This document shows, piece after piece, positions 14,265 through 30,900 of a stretch of DNA of 64,000 bases. The DNA lies in the NCBI RefSeq assembly GCF_009914755.1, contig NC_060935.1; one strand, given 5' to 3'. A program made the translations under genes and the position numbers. Source of the stretch: the human T2T-CHM13v2.0 reference genome, Homo sapiens. The notes beneath the pieces are model-generated. The model was given only the letters and a program-made list of their open reading frames with translations. It searched no databases and was not told the DNA's origin. The first letter of the stretch is position 1; each line of letters begins with the position of its first letter.

Positions 14265-14455
14265 ACTAATATTAATTGTGTATCTATGTCAGGTTCTGTG
14301 CTAAACATTATATTATCTCACATTATACTCAAAATAACCCTACAATATAGGAATTTCTGTTTCCTCAATTGAAAAATGAACAAATGAAAGTAAGTTTATG
14401 TAATTGCCTTTAGGCAATACAGCTAGTAAAATATAAAGCCAGAATTAGAAACCTC
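14265..14455 (-). mobile_element. MIR
   Basis: 'tatgtcaggttctgtgctaa...aaccctac...gtaattgcct..aggc.atacagctagtaa'. Confidence 0.6.
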
Positions 14456-16227
14456 TGCAAAGGAAAAGGCCATCCACAGGTACTCTGAAATATCCTGGCC
14501 TGCTTTTCTAATTAAATGAGTACACTTATTGGATCTTAGCTTCAGCCTTTGATGTAATTTTCACCAAAGATGGTGTCTATGCTCTCCCTGCCAGACATAT
14601 TGCCCAGTGCATTGGTGAGGGGGAAGCATAAAAAGAAATTAGATATGACTATTGTAAAAGATTTAATAATAGTCATGACTGCAGAGAAAGAAGTAGTCTG
14701 AGTCATTTTCTACCTTAAAAGAAAGTGTGGGTCAGGAAATTGCTAAGGTTAAACTAAGTCTAGGGCTCATCATAATTCAGCACCATGGGCAGCGAAAGAG
14801 GGGCAATAAAACTGAAATATGAGACAGACAAGAGATAAAAGAAGAAAGAAAATGTTTAACTCCCAGGTTCTTCCTAAGGAATTTCAAACTGTCCAGGGTT
14901 TTATTCACCCTTTCATTCAGCACTATTTATCTTTCTTATGCCATTGAAACTCTTTCCTGCAGAAAAGCCATTCTCCCTCATATCTGACATTGCAAATTAC
15001 CTCCTCTAAGAGGCCCAAACCAGTTTGTTTAATTTCTACAGTGGATTTACTTGCACAGGTGTCAATCATTTCTCTAAGAAGTACGTTGAGGAGCATGCAG
15101 TAGGGGATAATTGCTGTCTTCTGGTAGAGGTCAAGCAGCATCTAAGACCAGGAAGAATGTGGTACTAGATTCATCTGCATGACAGTATGCAAGCCAAAAT
15201 TATTTTGATTTTACTAATACCACAGGGAATATTTTAAACCTGCAAAGTGGAGGCCCTGATAAAATATCAATTGTGACTCTACATTCTTCATTAAACTACA
15301 GAAACAGCCCCAGATTGGTCATCAGGCCTGAGGAAGGGGCATTGGGAATAAAAATGGGGTAAAATAGGAGTATATTGTGATGACAGGCAGTAACGAGGGT
15401 TGCCCAGGAGTCTACACTGAAGACAAAGATGAAAATTTCTGGAATAGAATAGTGTATCATATGAAGTCACTAAGTGATTTGTAAGTACATTCAACCTATT
15501 ATCAAGCCAAACTTCACATTTATAATATACCTAGACCATTTGAAGAGTTTCTCTAGTGCTCACATTCCAACAGATCCTCAGTTCCACTCTGACCAGACCC
15601 ACTCAGTGAACTTCATTGGATCATCCTGCCCTGTGCTTATACTATTCTTTAAAAAGTAAACGTTAATGGGCAAAGATGTCACAACTTTAACATTCCTAAC
15701 AAGCTTGTGAAAAACTTCAAATCAAAGTTCCATATTTCAAAAAAAAATGGGGATAAAGATATGTTTGTATTATGGTAGGAAAAGAAAACTACTGTTGTAC
15801 TGTTTTCTAAGGAAAAGTTTTCCTCTGTCTGAGAAAGTTGTTCTCCTCAGTGGAATAGAAATGTGTGCCTAAAACATTGTAGAGAGAATAGAATATCTAC
15901 TTAAGCTATCTGATCATCCAAACCAGCCACAGAGGTAGTTATCCATAGGGTAACAGATATGAGATGATACACATCCTTAGGCCCAGAGTTAAATTCCAAG
16001 CTTATTTATGAATGTTGGGAGAGCCTAAATTCAACAGATTGGACTAAAAGAGTACTTCCATTGTGGTATACTAACTGATATTACTGAAAGAGGTTCAAAA
16101 GTCAACTAAGTTCAGAAAATCCTGGGAACGAATTTTTTACTGAAGCACTTCTCAGGAGACCTTAACCTGTTCATATGCATTGTGGATTTCCAAGAGTGGT
16201 CATATATTACACAGAATTTTCCAAGAT

Positions 16228-17438
16228 CTTTGCTACCATGAGGTTCATATGGGCATATTTCTCGATTTTCCAGCCTAGTTTCATGGGAAGTTAGCATACA
16301 TGATCCAAAGAGAATATTGCCATGTTGAAGCTTGCACTTAACTACCGATGTAATAACCAGATGATAACAGATATCTTAACTGTCAAAAGAAAAACATAAG
16401 ACAAGGAAGCCAAGTACTTTAATACCTATAATTTCTGTGACTGATAATGTTTGTTGGTGTGTCAAGTGGAGATAGTATAATATTCGAACAGAAGATGATT
16501 TAACTGAGAGAACAGACTCAAAGACTGTGACTGTAATGTGAAATTATATGAGGTTGACTAAAACGTGCAAGCAATGATGGCCCTTCATACAGATGAGGAA
16601 CTGCGATTCCTTTTTTTGTAAAACTCTCTAGAATAAAGACTTCTTCATGGAGACACTGCTGCATGCAGTCCAAGAATCAAACAGAGGATAATATTTATCA
16701 TAAAGTTAATTTTATGCAAATTATTCTTTTCTGGAGGCAGACTAAAAAGCAATCATGTCTTAAGGTCCCACTTTTCTTTCTTAAAGTCTTAAAATTATAC
16801 TTCAAAATTGAAGTTATAAAGTTATAAATCTGGCTGACACAGTACCCTATGTGAATGGCCAACTTTGCAGCAATTTAGTATCATTATTATCAGAAAATAA
16901 CTGTATTCAGATAGTCATATTCAAATTACTTGTTTTTATAAAATTAATGAAATCAAACAATTCATATCTATGTATATCATTCCTATAAATATTTATCTGT
17001 TACACATATACACTAGTAGCACAAGAGGAGAGAATTAAATTTTTCCCTAAAAGCCAATTTGGAACAAGTCATGCAACAGATACAAATTTTCTACGAATCC
17101 AAAATTAACATTAAATTAGTCTTCAATTACAATTTCTTGTAGAAACGGATCGGTTCTAACTTAGCTTCCTTCTAATGCCCCTTCTCTCTAATACACTGAA
17201 ATTTCTCTGGAAGAGGTGATCATTCTGCCGCAACTTGCCAAATAAATTTTGAACACCTTGAGCACTTTGTTAATAAAATGACACAGTAAGGCATCTAATG
17301 CCTTCAGGCCTAGAATAGACTTTGGGAGAACAGCCCATGATCTCATTCCCATTAAGTCCAAGATAAAATGGCTAGGGGGCAGAAAATGAGTCAATGGAGC
17401 CTGAGGTCTCTGCCCTTATGAACCTCATGGTAGCAAAG
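16228..17438. repeat. Long-range inverted repeat, 28-bp arms (16228-16255 and 17411-17438)
   Basis: Reverse complement of the left arm TGCCCATATGAACCTCATGGTAGCAAAG versus right arm TGCCCTTATGAACCTCATGGTAGCAAAG: 27/28. Confidence 0.95.
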
Positions 17439-18676
17439 GCATATGGATCTCATCACTTTTCACTCTGCAAACATAATTAGTGGCTGACATTAATTTGTTC
17501 TTGTTGGAAAGAAACATCGTTTCACTTTTGTTTTAATAACAGTTATGCCTCCCTGGAGATTGAGTCTTCTGTCAAGTCTAAAAGCAGCCAAAATGCAGAG
17601 TTTTACAGTCATACTCTCCATAATTTCTGCATAACTAGATCTCTAAATCTGAAATTGTAACCTACCCTAGGAGGCCACCCTTAATTCCCAACAGCTTGGT
17701 TACTATATACTGTACTTGTCGTTTAGCAGCACCTAGTAGAGTGCCTATCACATAGCAAGTACTCAATATGTTATTTGTTAAATGAAGGACAACACCAGAA
17801 TTGGGGGTAGTTTTTTTTCTTCTAAAAAAAAAAAACAGGATACATGTGCAGAATGTGCAGGTTTGTTACATAGGAATACGTGTGCTGTGGGGCTTTGCTG
17901 CACCCATCGACCCATCCTCTAAGTTCCCTCCCCTCATCCCTCACCTACCCACCAGACCCTGTATGTGTGGTTCCCTTCTCTGTGTCTATGTGTTCTCAAT
18001 GTTCAACTCCCACTTATGAGTGAGAAAATGCTGTGTTCAGTTTTTTGTTCCTGTATTAGTTTGCTGAAGATAATGGCTTCCAGCTTCATCCATGTCCTTG
18101 CAAAGAACATGACTTCATTCCTTTTTATGGCTGCATAGTACTCCATGGTGTATATGTACCACATTTTCTTTATCCAGTCTATCATTGATAAGCATTTCAG
18201 TTGGTTCCATGACTTTGCTATTATAAATAGTGCTGCAATAAACATACATGTGCATGTGTGTTTATTGTAGAATGATTTACATTTCTTTCAGTATATACCC
18301 AGTAATGGGATTGCTGGGCAAATGGCATTTCTGGTTCTAGATCATTGAGGAATTGCCATACTGTCTTCCACAATGGAGAAGTAATTTACATTCCCACCAA
18401 CAGTTTAAAAGCATTTCTATTTCTCCACAGCCTTGCCAACATCTATTGTTTCCTGACTTTTTTTTCTTTTATTATACTTTAAGTTTTAGGGTACATGTGC
18501 ACAACGTGCAGGTTAGTTACATATGTATATATGTGCCATGTTTGTGTGCTGAACCCAGTAACTCATCATTTTAACATTAGGTATATCTCCAAATGCTATC
18601 CCTCCCCGCTCCACCCACCCCACAACAGGCCCCGGTGTGTGATGTTCCCCTTCCTGTGTCCATGTGTTCTCATTGT

Positions 18677-22504
<3,828 letters not shown>

Positions 22505-22567
22505 TATGATGTTAGCTGGTTATTTTGCTCATTAGTTTATGCAGTTTCTTCCTAGCCTTGACGGTCT

Positions 22568-23584
22568 TTACAATTTGGCATGTTTTTGCAGTGGCTGGTA
22601 CCGGTTTTTCCTTTCCATGTTTAGTGCTTCCTTCAGGAGCTCTTTTAGGGCAGGCCTGGTGGTGACAAAATCTCTCAGCACTGGCTTGTCTGTAAAGTAT
22701 TTTATTTCTCCTTCACTTATGAAGCTTAATTTGGCTGGATGTGAAATTCTGGGTTGAAAATTCTTTTTTTAAGAATGTTGAATATTGGCCCCCACTCTCT
22801 TCTGGCTTGTAGAGTTTCTGCCAAGAGATCAGCTGTTAGTCTGATTGGCTTCCCTTTGTGGGTAACCCGACCTTTTTCTCTGGATGCCCATAACATTTTT
22901 TCCTTCATTTCAACTTTGGTGAATCTGACAATTATGTGTCTTGCAGTTGCTCTTCTTGAGGAGTATCTTTGTGGCATTCTCTGTATTTCCTGAATTTGAA
23001 TGTTGGCCTGCCTTTCTAGATTGGGGAAGTTCTCCTGGATAATATCCTGCAGAGTGTTTTCCAACTTGGTTCCATTCTCCCCTTCACTTTCAGGTACACC
23101 AATCAGACATAGATTTGGTCTTTTCACATAGTCCCATATTTCTTGGAGGCTTTGTTTGTTTCTTTTTATTCTTTTTTCTCTAAACTTCTCTTCTCACTTC
23201 ATTTCATTCATTTGATCTTCCATCACTCATACCCTTTCTTCCAGTTGATCAAGTCAGCCACTGAGGCTTGTGCATTCATCACATAGTTCTTGTGGCTTGG
23301 TTTTCAACTCCATCAGGTCCTTGAAGGACTTCTCTGCATTGGTTATTCTAGTTAACCATTTGTTTAATATTTTTTCAAGGTTTTTTAACTTCTTTGCCAT
23401 GGGTTCAAACTTCCTCCTTTAGCTTGGAGTAGTTTGATTGTCTGAAGCCTTCTTCTCTCAACTCGTCAAAGTCATTCTCCATCCAACTTTGTTCCATTGC
23501 TGGTGAGGAGCTGCGTTCCTTTGGAGGAGGAGAGGCACTCTGATTTTTAGAGTTTCCGGTTTTTCTGCTCTGTTTTTTCCCCAT
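22568..23584 (-). pseudogene. L1 ORF1 (RNA-binding chaperone), frameshifted
   Basis: ATG at 23584, TAA at 22568-22570; RRM peptide KRPNLCLIGVPE...HIIVRF; frame shifts after 'PIFNILK'. Confidence 0.9.
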
Positions 23585-24610
23585 CTTTGTGGTTTTATCT
23601 ACATTTGGTCTTGGATGAGGGTGACATACAGATGCGGTTTTGGTGTGGATGTCCCTTCTGTTTGTTAGTTTTCCTTCTAACAGTCAGGACCCTCAGCTGC
23701 AAGTCTGTTGGAGTTTGCTGGAGGTCCACTCCAGACCCTATTTGCCTGGGTATCAGCAGCAGAGGCTGCAGAACAGTAGATATTGGTGAACAGCATATGT
23801 TGCTGCCTGATCGTTCCTCTGGAGGTTTTGTCTCAGAGGAGTACCCAGCCGTGTGAGGTGTCAGTCTGCCCCTACTGGGGGCTGCCTCCCAGTTAGGCTA
23901 CTTGGGGGTCAGGGACCCACTTGAGGAGGCAGTCTGCCCGTTCTCAGATCTCCAGCTGCATGCTGGGAGAACCACTACTCTCTTCAAAGCTGTCAGACAG
24001 GGACATTTAAGTCTGCAGAGGATTCTGCTGCCTTTTGTTTGGCAATGCCCTGCCCCCAGAGGTGGAGTCTACAGAGGCAGGCAGGCCTCCTTGAGCTGCA
24101 GTGGGCTCCACCTAGTCTGAGGTTCCTGGCCACTTTGTTTACCTACTCAAGCCTTGGCAATGGCGGGGGGCCCCTCCCCCAGCCTTGCTGCCAGCTTGCA
24201 GTTTGATCTCAGACTGCTATTCTAGCAATGAGCAAGGCTCCGTGGGCATAGGACCATCCGAGCCAGGCACAGGATATAATCTCCTGGTGTGCCACTTGCT
24301 AAGACCATTGGGAAATGCAGTATTGGGGTGGGAGTGACCCGATTTTCCAGGTGCCATCTGTCACCCCTTTCTTTGACTAGGAAAGGGAATTCCCTGACCC
24401 CTTGCACTTCCCAGGTGAGGCAATGCCTCACCCTGCTTTGGCTCATGCTCGGTGCACTGCACCCACTGTCCTGCACCCACTTTCCGACACTCCCCAGTGA
24501 GATGAACCCAGTACCTCAGTTGGAAATGCAGAAGTCACCCATCTTCTGCATGGCTCACACTGGGAGCTGTAGACTGGAGCTGTTCCTGTTTGGCTATCTT
24601 GGCTCCACCC
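23585..24610 (-). promoter_or_regulatory. L1PA4 5'UTR (internal sense promoter and antisense promoter region)
   Basis: Complete ~1.03-kb 5'UTR; CpG-depleted; YY1 motif altered to CAAGATAGCC. Confidence 0.75.
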
Positions 24611-27600
24611 TCCTGACTTTTTAATAATTGCCATTCTGACTGGCATGAGATGGTATCTCATTGTGGTTTTGATTTGCATTTCTCTGATGATCAGAAATGT
24701 TGAGCTTTTTTTCCTATGTTTGTTGGCCACGTAAATGTCTTCTTTTGAGAAATGTCTGTTCATATCCTTTGCCCACTTTTTGATGGGGTTGTTTGTTTTT
24801 TCTTGTAAATATGTTTAAGTTCCTTGTAAATTCTGGATATTAGACCTTTGTCAGATGGGTAGATTGCAAAAGTTTTCTCCCATTATGTAGGCTGCCTGTT
24901 CACTCTGATGATAGTTTCTTTTGCTGTGCAGAAGCTCTTTAGTTTAATTAGATCCCATTTGTCAATTTTGGTTTTTGTTGCAGTTGCTTTTGGCATTTTT
25001 GTCATGAAGCTTTTCCTATGCCTATGTCCTGAGTGGTATTGCCTAGGTTTTCTTCTAGAGTTTTTATGATTTTGGGTTTTACATTTAAGTCTTTAATCCA
25101 TCTTGAGTTAATTTTTGTACATAGTGTAAGGAAGGGGTACAATTTCAGTTTTCTGCATATGGCTAATCAGTTTTCCCAGCACCATTTACTGAATAGGAGA
25201 TCCTTTCCCCATTGCTTGTTTTTGTCAGGTTTATTGAAGATCAGATGGTTGTAGATGTGTAGTGTTATTTCTGAGGTCTCTGTTCTGCTCCATTGGTCTG
25301 TATATTTTGGTACCAGTATCATGCTGTTTTGGTTATTGTAGTCTTGTTGCATAGTTTGATGTCAGGTAGCATTATGCCTCCAGCTTTGTTCTTTTGGCTT
25401 GGGATTGTCTTGGCTATATGGGGTCTTCTTCAATTCCATATGAAATTTAAAATAGTTTTTTTCTAATTCTGTGAAGAATGTCAATGGTAGTTTGATAGAA
25501 ATAGCATCGAATCTATAAATTACTTTGGGCAGTATGGCCATTTTCATGATATTGATTCTTCCTCTCCATGAGGATGGAATGTTTTCCACGTGTTTGTGTC
25601 CTCTCTTATTTCCTTGAGCAGTGGTTTGTAGTTCTCCTTGAACAGGTCCTCCACATCTCTTGTTAGCTGTATTCCTCCGTGTTTTTTTCTCTTTGTGTCG
25701 ATTGTGAATTGAAGTTCTTTCATGATTTGTCTCTCTGCTTGCCTGTTGTTGGTGTAAAGGAATGCTTGTGACTTCTGAACATTGATTTTTTATCCTGAGA
25801 CTTTGCTGAAGTTGCTTATTATTTCAAGAAGTTTTGGGGCTGAGATCATGGGGTTTTCTAAATATAAAATTATGTTGTCTTCAAACAGAGACAACTTGAC
25901 TTCCTCTCATCCTATTTGAATATCCTTTATTTCTTTCTCTTGCCTGATTGCCCAGGCCAGAACTTCCAATTCTATGTTGAATAGGAGGTGTGAGAGAGGG
26001 CATCCTTGTCTTGTGCTGTTTTTCAAAGGGAATGCTTCCAGCTTTTGCCCATTCAATATGATATTGGCTGTGGGTTTGTCATAAATAGCTCTTATTATTT
26101 TCAGATATGTTCCATCAATACCTAGTTTATTTAGAGTTTTTAACATGAAGGGATGTTGAATTTTATCAAAGGGCTTTTCTGCATCTACTGAGATAAGAAT
26201 GTGGTTTTTGTCATTGGTTCCGTTTATGTGTTGAATTATGTGTACTGATTTGCATATGTTGAACCAGCTGTGCATCCCAGGGATGAAGTGAACTTGATCA
26301 TGGTGGATTAGTTTTTTGATGTGCTGCTGGATTCAGTTTGCCAGTATTTTACTGAAGATTTTCACCTCAATGTTCATCAGAGATATTGGTCTGAAGTTTT
26401 CTTTTTTGTTGTTGTGTCTCTGCCGGCCAGTATCAGGATGATGCTGGCTTCATAAAATGAGTTAGGGAGGAGTCCCTTCTTTTTAGTTGTTTGGAATAGT
26501 TTCAGAAAGAAGGGAACCAGCTCCTCTTTGTATTTCTGGTAGAATTCAGCCGTGAATCTATCTGGTCCTGGGCTTTTATTGGTTGGTATGCTATTAAATA
26601 CTGCCTCAATTTCAGAGCTTGTTATTGGTCTATTCAAGGATTTGACTTCTTCCTGGTTTAGTCTTGGTAGGCTGTATGCATTCAGGAATTTATCCACTTC
26701 TTCTAGATTTTTAGTTTATTTTGCGAAGGGTGTTTATAGTATTCTTTGGTCGTAGTTTATATTTCTGTGGGGTCAGTGGCGATATCCTCTTTATCATTTT
26801 TTACTGTGTCTATTTGATTCTTTTCTCTTTTCTTATTAGTGTAGCTAGTGGTCTATCTATTTTGTTAATTTTTTCAAAAAACCAGCTCCTGGACTCATTG
26901 ATTTTTTGGAGGGTTTTTCATGTCTCTGTCTCCTTCAATTCTTCTCTAATCTTAGTTATTTTTTGTCTTCAGCTAGCTTTTGGATTAGTTTGCTCTTGCA
27001 TCTCTAGCTCTTTTAATTGTGATGTTAGGGTGTCATTTGAGCTCTTTCTAGCTTTCTGATCTGGGCATTTAGTGCTACAAATTTCCGTCTTACCACTGCT
27101 TTAGCTGTGTCCCAGAGATTCAGGTACATTGTCTCTTTGTTCTCATTGGTTTCAAAGAACTTCTTGATTTCTTCCTTAATTTCATTATTTACCCAGGAGT
27201 CATTCAGGAGCAGGTTGTTCAATTTCCATGAAGTTATGTGGTTTTGAGTGAGTTTCTTAATCCTGAGTTCTAGTCTTATTGCACTGTGGTCTGAGAGACT
27301 GTTATGATTTCAGTTCTTTTGCATTTACTGAGGAGCATTTTACTTCCAATTATGTGGTCGATTTTAGAATAAGTGCCATGTGACACTGAGAAAAATGTAT
27401 ATTCTCTTGATTTGGGGTAGAGACTTCTGTAGATGTCTACTAGGTCCACTTGATGCAGAGCTGAGTTCAAGTCTTGAATATCCTTGTTAATTTTATGTCT
27501 CATTGAAGGGTCTCGTACTGACAGTGGGATGTTAAAGTCTCCCACTATTATTGTGTGGGAGTCTAAATCTCTTTGAAGGTCTCTAAGAACTTGTTTTGTG

Positions 27601-27965
27601 AATCTGGGTGATCCTGTATGGGGTGTATATATATTTAGAACAGTTATCTCTTCTTGTTTAATTGTTCCCCTTACCATTATGTAATGCCCTTCTCTTTCTT
27701 GATCTTTGTTGGTTTAAAGTCTGTTTTGTCAGAGATGAGGATTGCAACCCCTGCTTTTTTTTTCTTTCCATTTGCTTGGTAAATTTTGCTCCATCCCCTT
27801 ATTTTGAGCCTCTGTGTGTCTTTGCATGTAAGATGGGTCTCTTGAATACACAACACCTGCAGTCTTGATTCCTTATCCAATTTGCCAGTCTGTGTCTTTT
27901 AATTAGAGTATTTAGCCCATTTACATTTAAGGTTAGTATTTTTATGTGTGAAATTGATTTGTCAT
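24611..27965 (-). pseudogene. ORF2 remnant of the older L1 (its C-terminus continues at 18003-18450)
   Basis: Multiple frameshifted peptides: IQETHL, VGDFN, NNLLLND, QGCPLS, KWCWEN; MFIAALF...FSLISGS* lies on the other side of the nested element. Confidence 0.88.
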
Positions 27966-28029
27966 TATGATGTTATTTGGTTATTTTGCACACTAGATGA
28001 TGCAGTTTCTTCATAGTGTCATCGATCTT

Positions 28030-28931
28030 AATATTTTGGTGTGTTTTTTCAGTGGCTGCTACCTGTTTTTCCTCCCCATATTTCATGCTTCTTTTAGGAG
28101 CTCTTGCAGGGCAGGTCTGGTAGCAACGAAATCCCCCAGCATTTGCTTGCCTAGAAAGGATTTTATTTCTCCTTTGCTTATGAAACTTAGTTTGGCTGGG
28201 TGTGAAATTCTGGGTTGAAAATTCTTTTCTTTAAGAATGTTGGATATTGGCCCCCACTCTCTTCTGGCTTGTAGAGTTTCTAGTGAGAGATCTGCTGTTA
28301 GTCTGATGGGCTTTCCTTTATAGGTGACCTGGCCTTTCTCTCTGGCTGCCCTTAACAGTTTTTCTTTCATTTCAACCTTGGAGAATTTGATGATTATATG
28401 TCTTGGGGTTGATCTTCTCATGGAGTATCTTAATGGTGTTGTCTGTATTTCCTGAATTTGCATGTTGACGTGCCTTGCTAGGTTGGGGAAGTTCTCCTGG
28501 ACAATATCCTGAAGTGTGTTTTCCAGGTCATTTCCATTCTCCCTGTCTCCTTCTGGTACTCCAATCAATCATAGGTCTGGTCTTTTTATGAAGTCCCATA
28601 TTTCTTGCAAGCTCTGTTCATTCCTTTTCATTCTTTTTTCTCTATTTTTGTATACTTGTCTTATTTCAGTAAGGTAGATGTCAAACTCTGATATTCTTCC
28701 TTCCACTTGTCAATTCGACTGTTGATGCTTCTTTCATTGGGTTAAAACATGCTCTTTTAGCTCAGCATAGTTTTTTATTATCCATCTTCTGAAAGCTATT
28801 TCTATACATTTGTCCATCTGATCCTCCATCCAGTTCTGCACCCTTGATGGAGAGACGTTGCAATTATTTGGAGGAGAAGAAGTACTTTGACCTTTGGGTT
28901 TTCAGCATTTTTTCATTGATTCTTTTTCATC
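28030..28931 (-). pseudogene. ORF1 remnant of the older L1
   Basis: IGVPEGD...ENFPNL...HIIIKF...GKPIRLTADLS...TRPALQELLKEA in the ORF track. Confidence 0.85.
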
Positions 28932-30254
28932 TTCGAGAGTTTGTCTTGTTTCAGTCTTTGAGGCTGCTGATCCTTGGATGTGGTTTTTATGGGGGCCTTT
29001 TGTGTTGTTGATGCTGTTGTTGTCACTTTCTGCTTGTTTGTTTTTCTTTCAATAGTCAGGTCCCTTTTCTTTAGGGCTGCTGCAGTTTGCTGAGGGTTCA
29101 CTTCAGGCCCTATTTATCTGATTTGCTACCGAGCGAGGAGATGTCACTCAAAGAGGCTAGAGAACAGCAAAGATTGGTGCCTGCTCCTTCTGGGACCTCT
29201 GACCTCAAGGGGCAACAACCTGATGCCAGTAGGATCACTCCTGTAAAGGGTGTCTGACAACCCCTGTTGGGGGGTCTCACCCAGTTGGGTGACATGGGGA
29301 GCAGGACCCGTTTAATGAAGCACTTTGTCCCTTGGTGGAGAAGGTGTGCTTCGCTGGGGGGAATCCCTCTCATCTGGGCTGCCCGGATTCTTCAGAACTG
29401 CCAGGAGAAGAGGCCAAGTCCGCTGGTCCAGAGAGACTGCTGCGACACCTCCCCCAATTCCAATTCTGTCCCTGAGCCTCTGGCTGGAGTTATTGGGGAT
29501 CCTGCAGGGAAGCCCCGCCCAATGAGGAAGGCTGGGTCAGGTTTAGGCCTGAAGAGGCACTCTGGCCACAGAAACTGCCACAGCCAGTGTGTTAGGCTGT
29601 GGGGACAAGTCTTGGGACCAAGCTGCCCTGCCTCTCTGGCTCCAGAAGGGGAAAAACACAGCCTGGAGCTATAGAAATGTGTGTCGCCCTTCCCCCGCCC
29701 AGGGATCTTAGCGTGCTAGGCAGTTGCGAGTCCCAGTGCTGGCTGCTGTCCCTCCCCCAGGGAGCTCCAATGGCTTAGTCAGCAGGCACCCCCAGTCGGT
29801 GCTGGTCGCCCCTCCCCTCCCGAGTTCGGTAGGCTTGAGCAGATTCCAGCTAAGAGGCTGTAAGAATCTGCACATGCCAGAGTTGGGACTCTAGGCCTCG
29901 GTGGCATGGGTTCGCGAGTGGGATCTTCCGATCCGTGGGTTGCACAGTTCTGTGGAAAAAGCACAGTTTCCCTGGCTGGGTAGCACACTCACTCGCCACC
30001 TCCCTTGGCTAGGGGGAGGAGGTTCCCCTTCCCCGTGTGGCTCTCAAGTGGGCCGCGCACCACACTGTTCTTTCTCTCCGTGAGTCACTCCAGCTTTCTA
30101 GTCAACTTTGATGAGAGAACCTGGATACTTTGGTTGCCGGTGAAGGATTCACACGCTAATTTTTTTTTTCGACAGGAGTCTCCGAAAGCTGCTGCTTGTA
30201 GTCAGCCATCTTCAGGGGTAGTTTTATCAAGACAGACTAGAATGGTGACAACAC

Positions 30255-30900
<646 letters not shown>

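Noticed and set aside
24160-24225. Intact L1 ORF0
   Set aside because: An extra G after ATGGCG shifts the frame, giving a stop after 21 codons. The 72-aa ORF at 23902-24120 is a different antisense frame, not ORF0.
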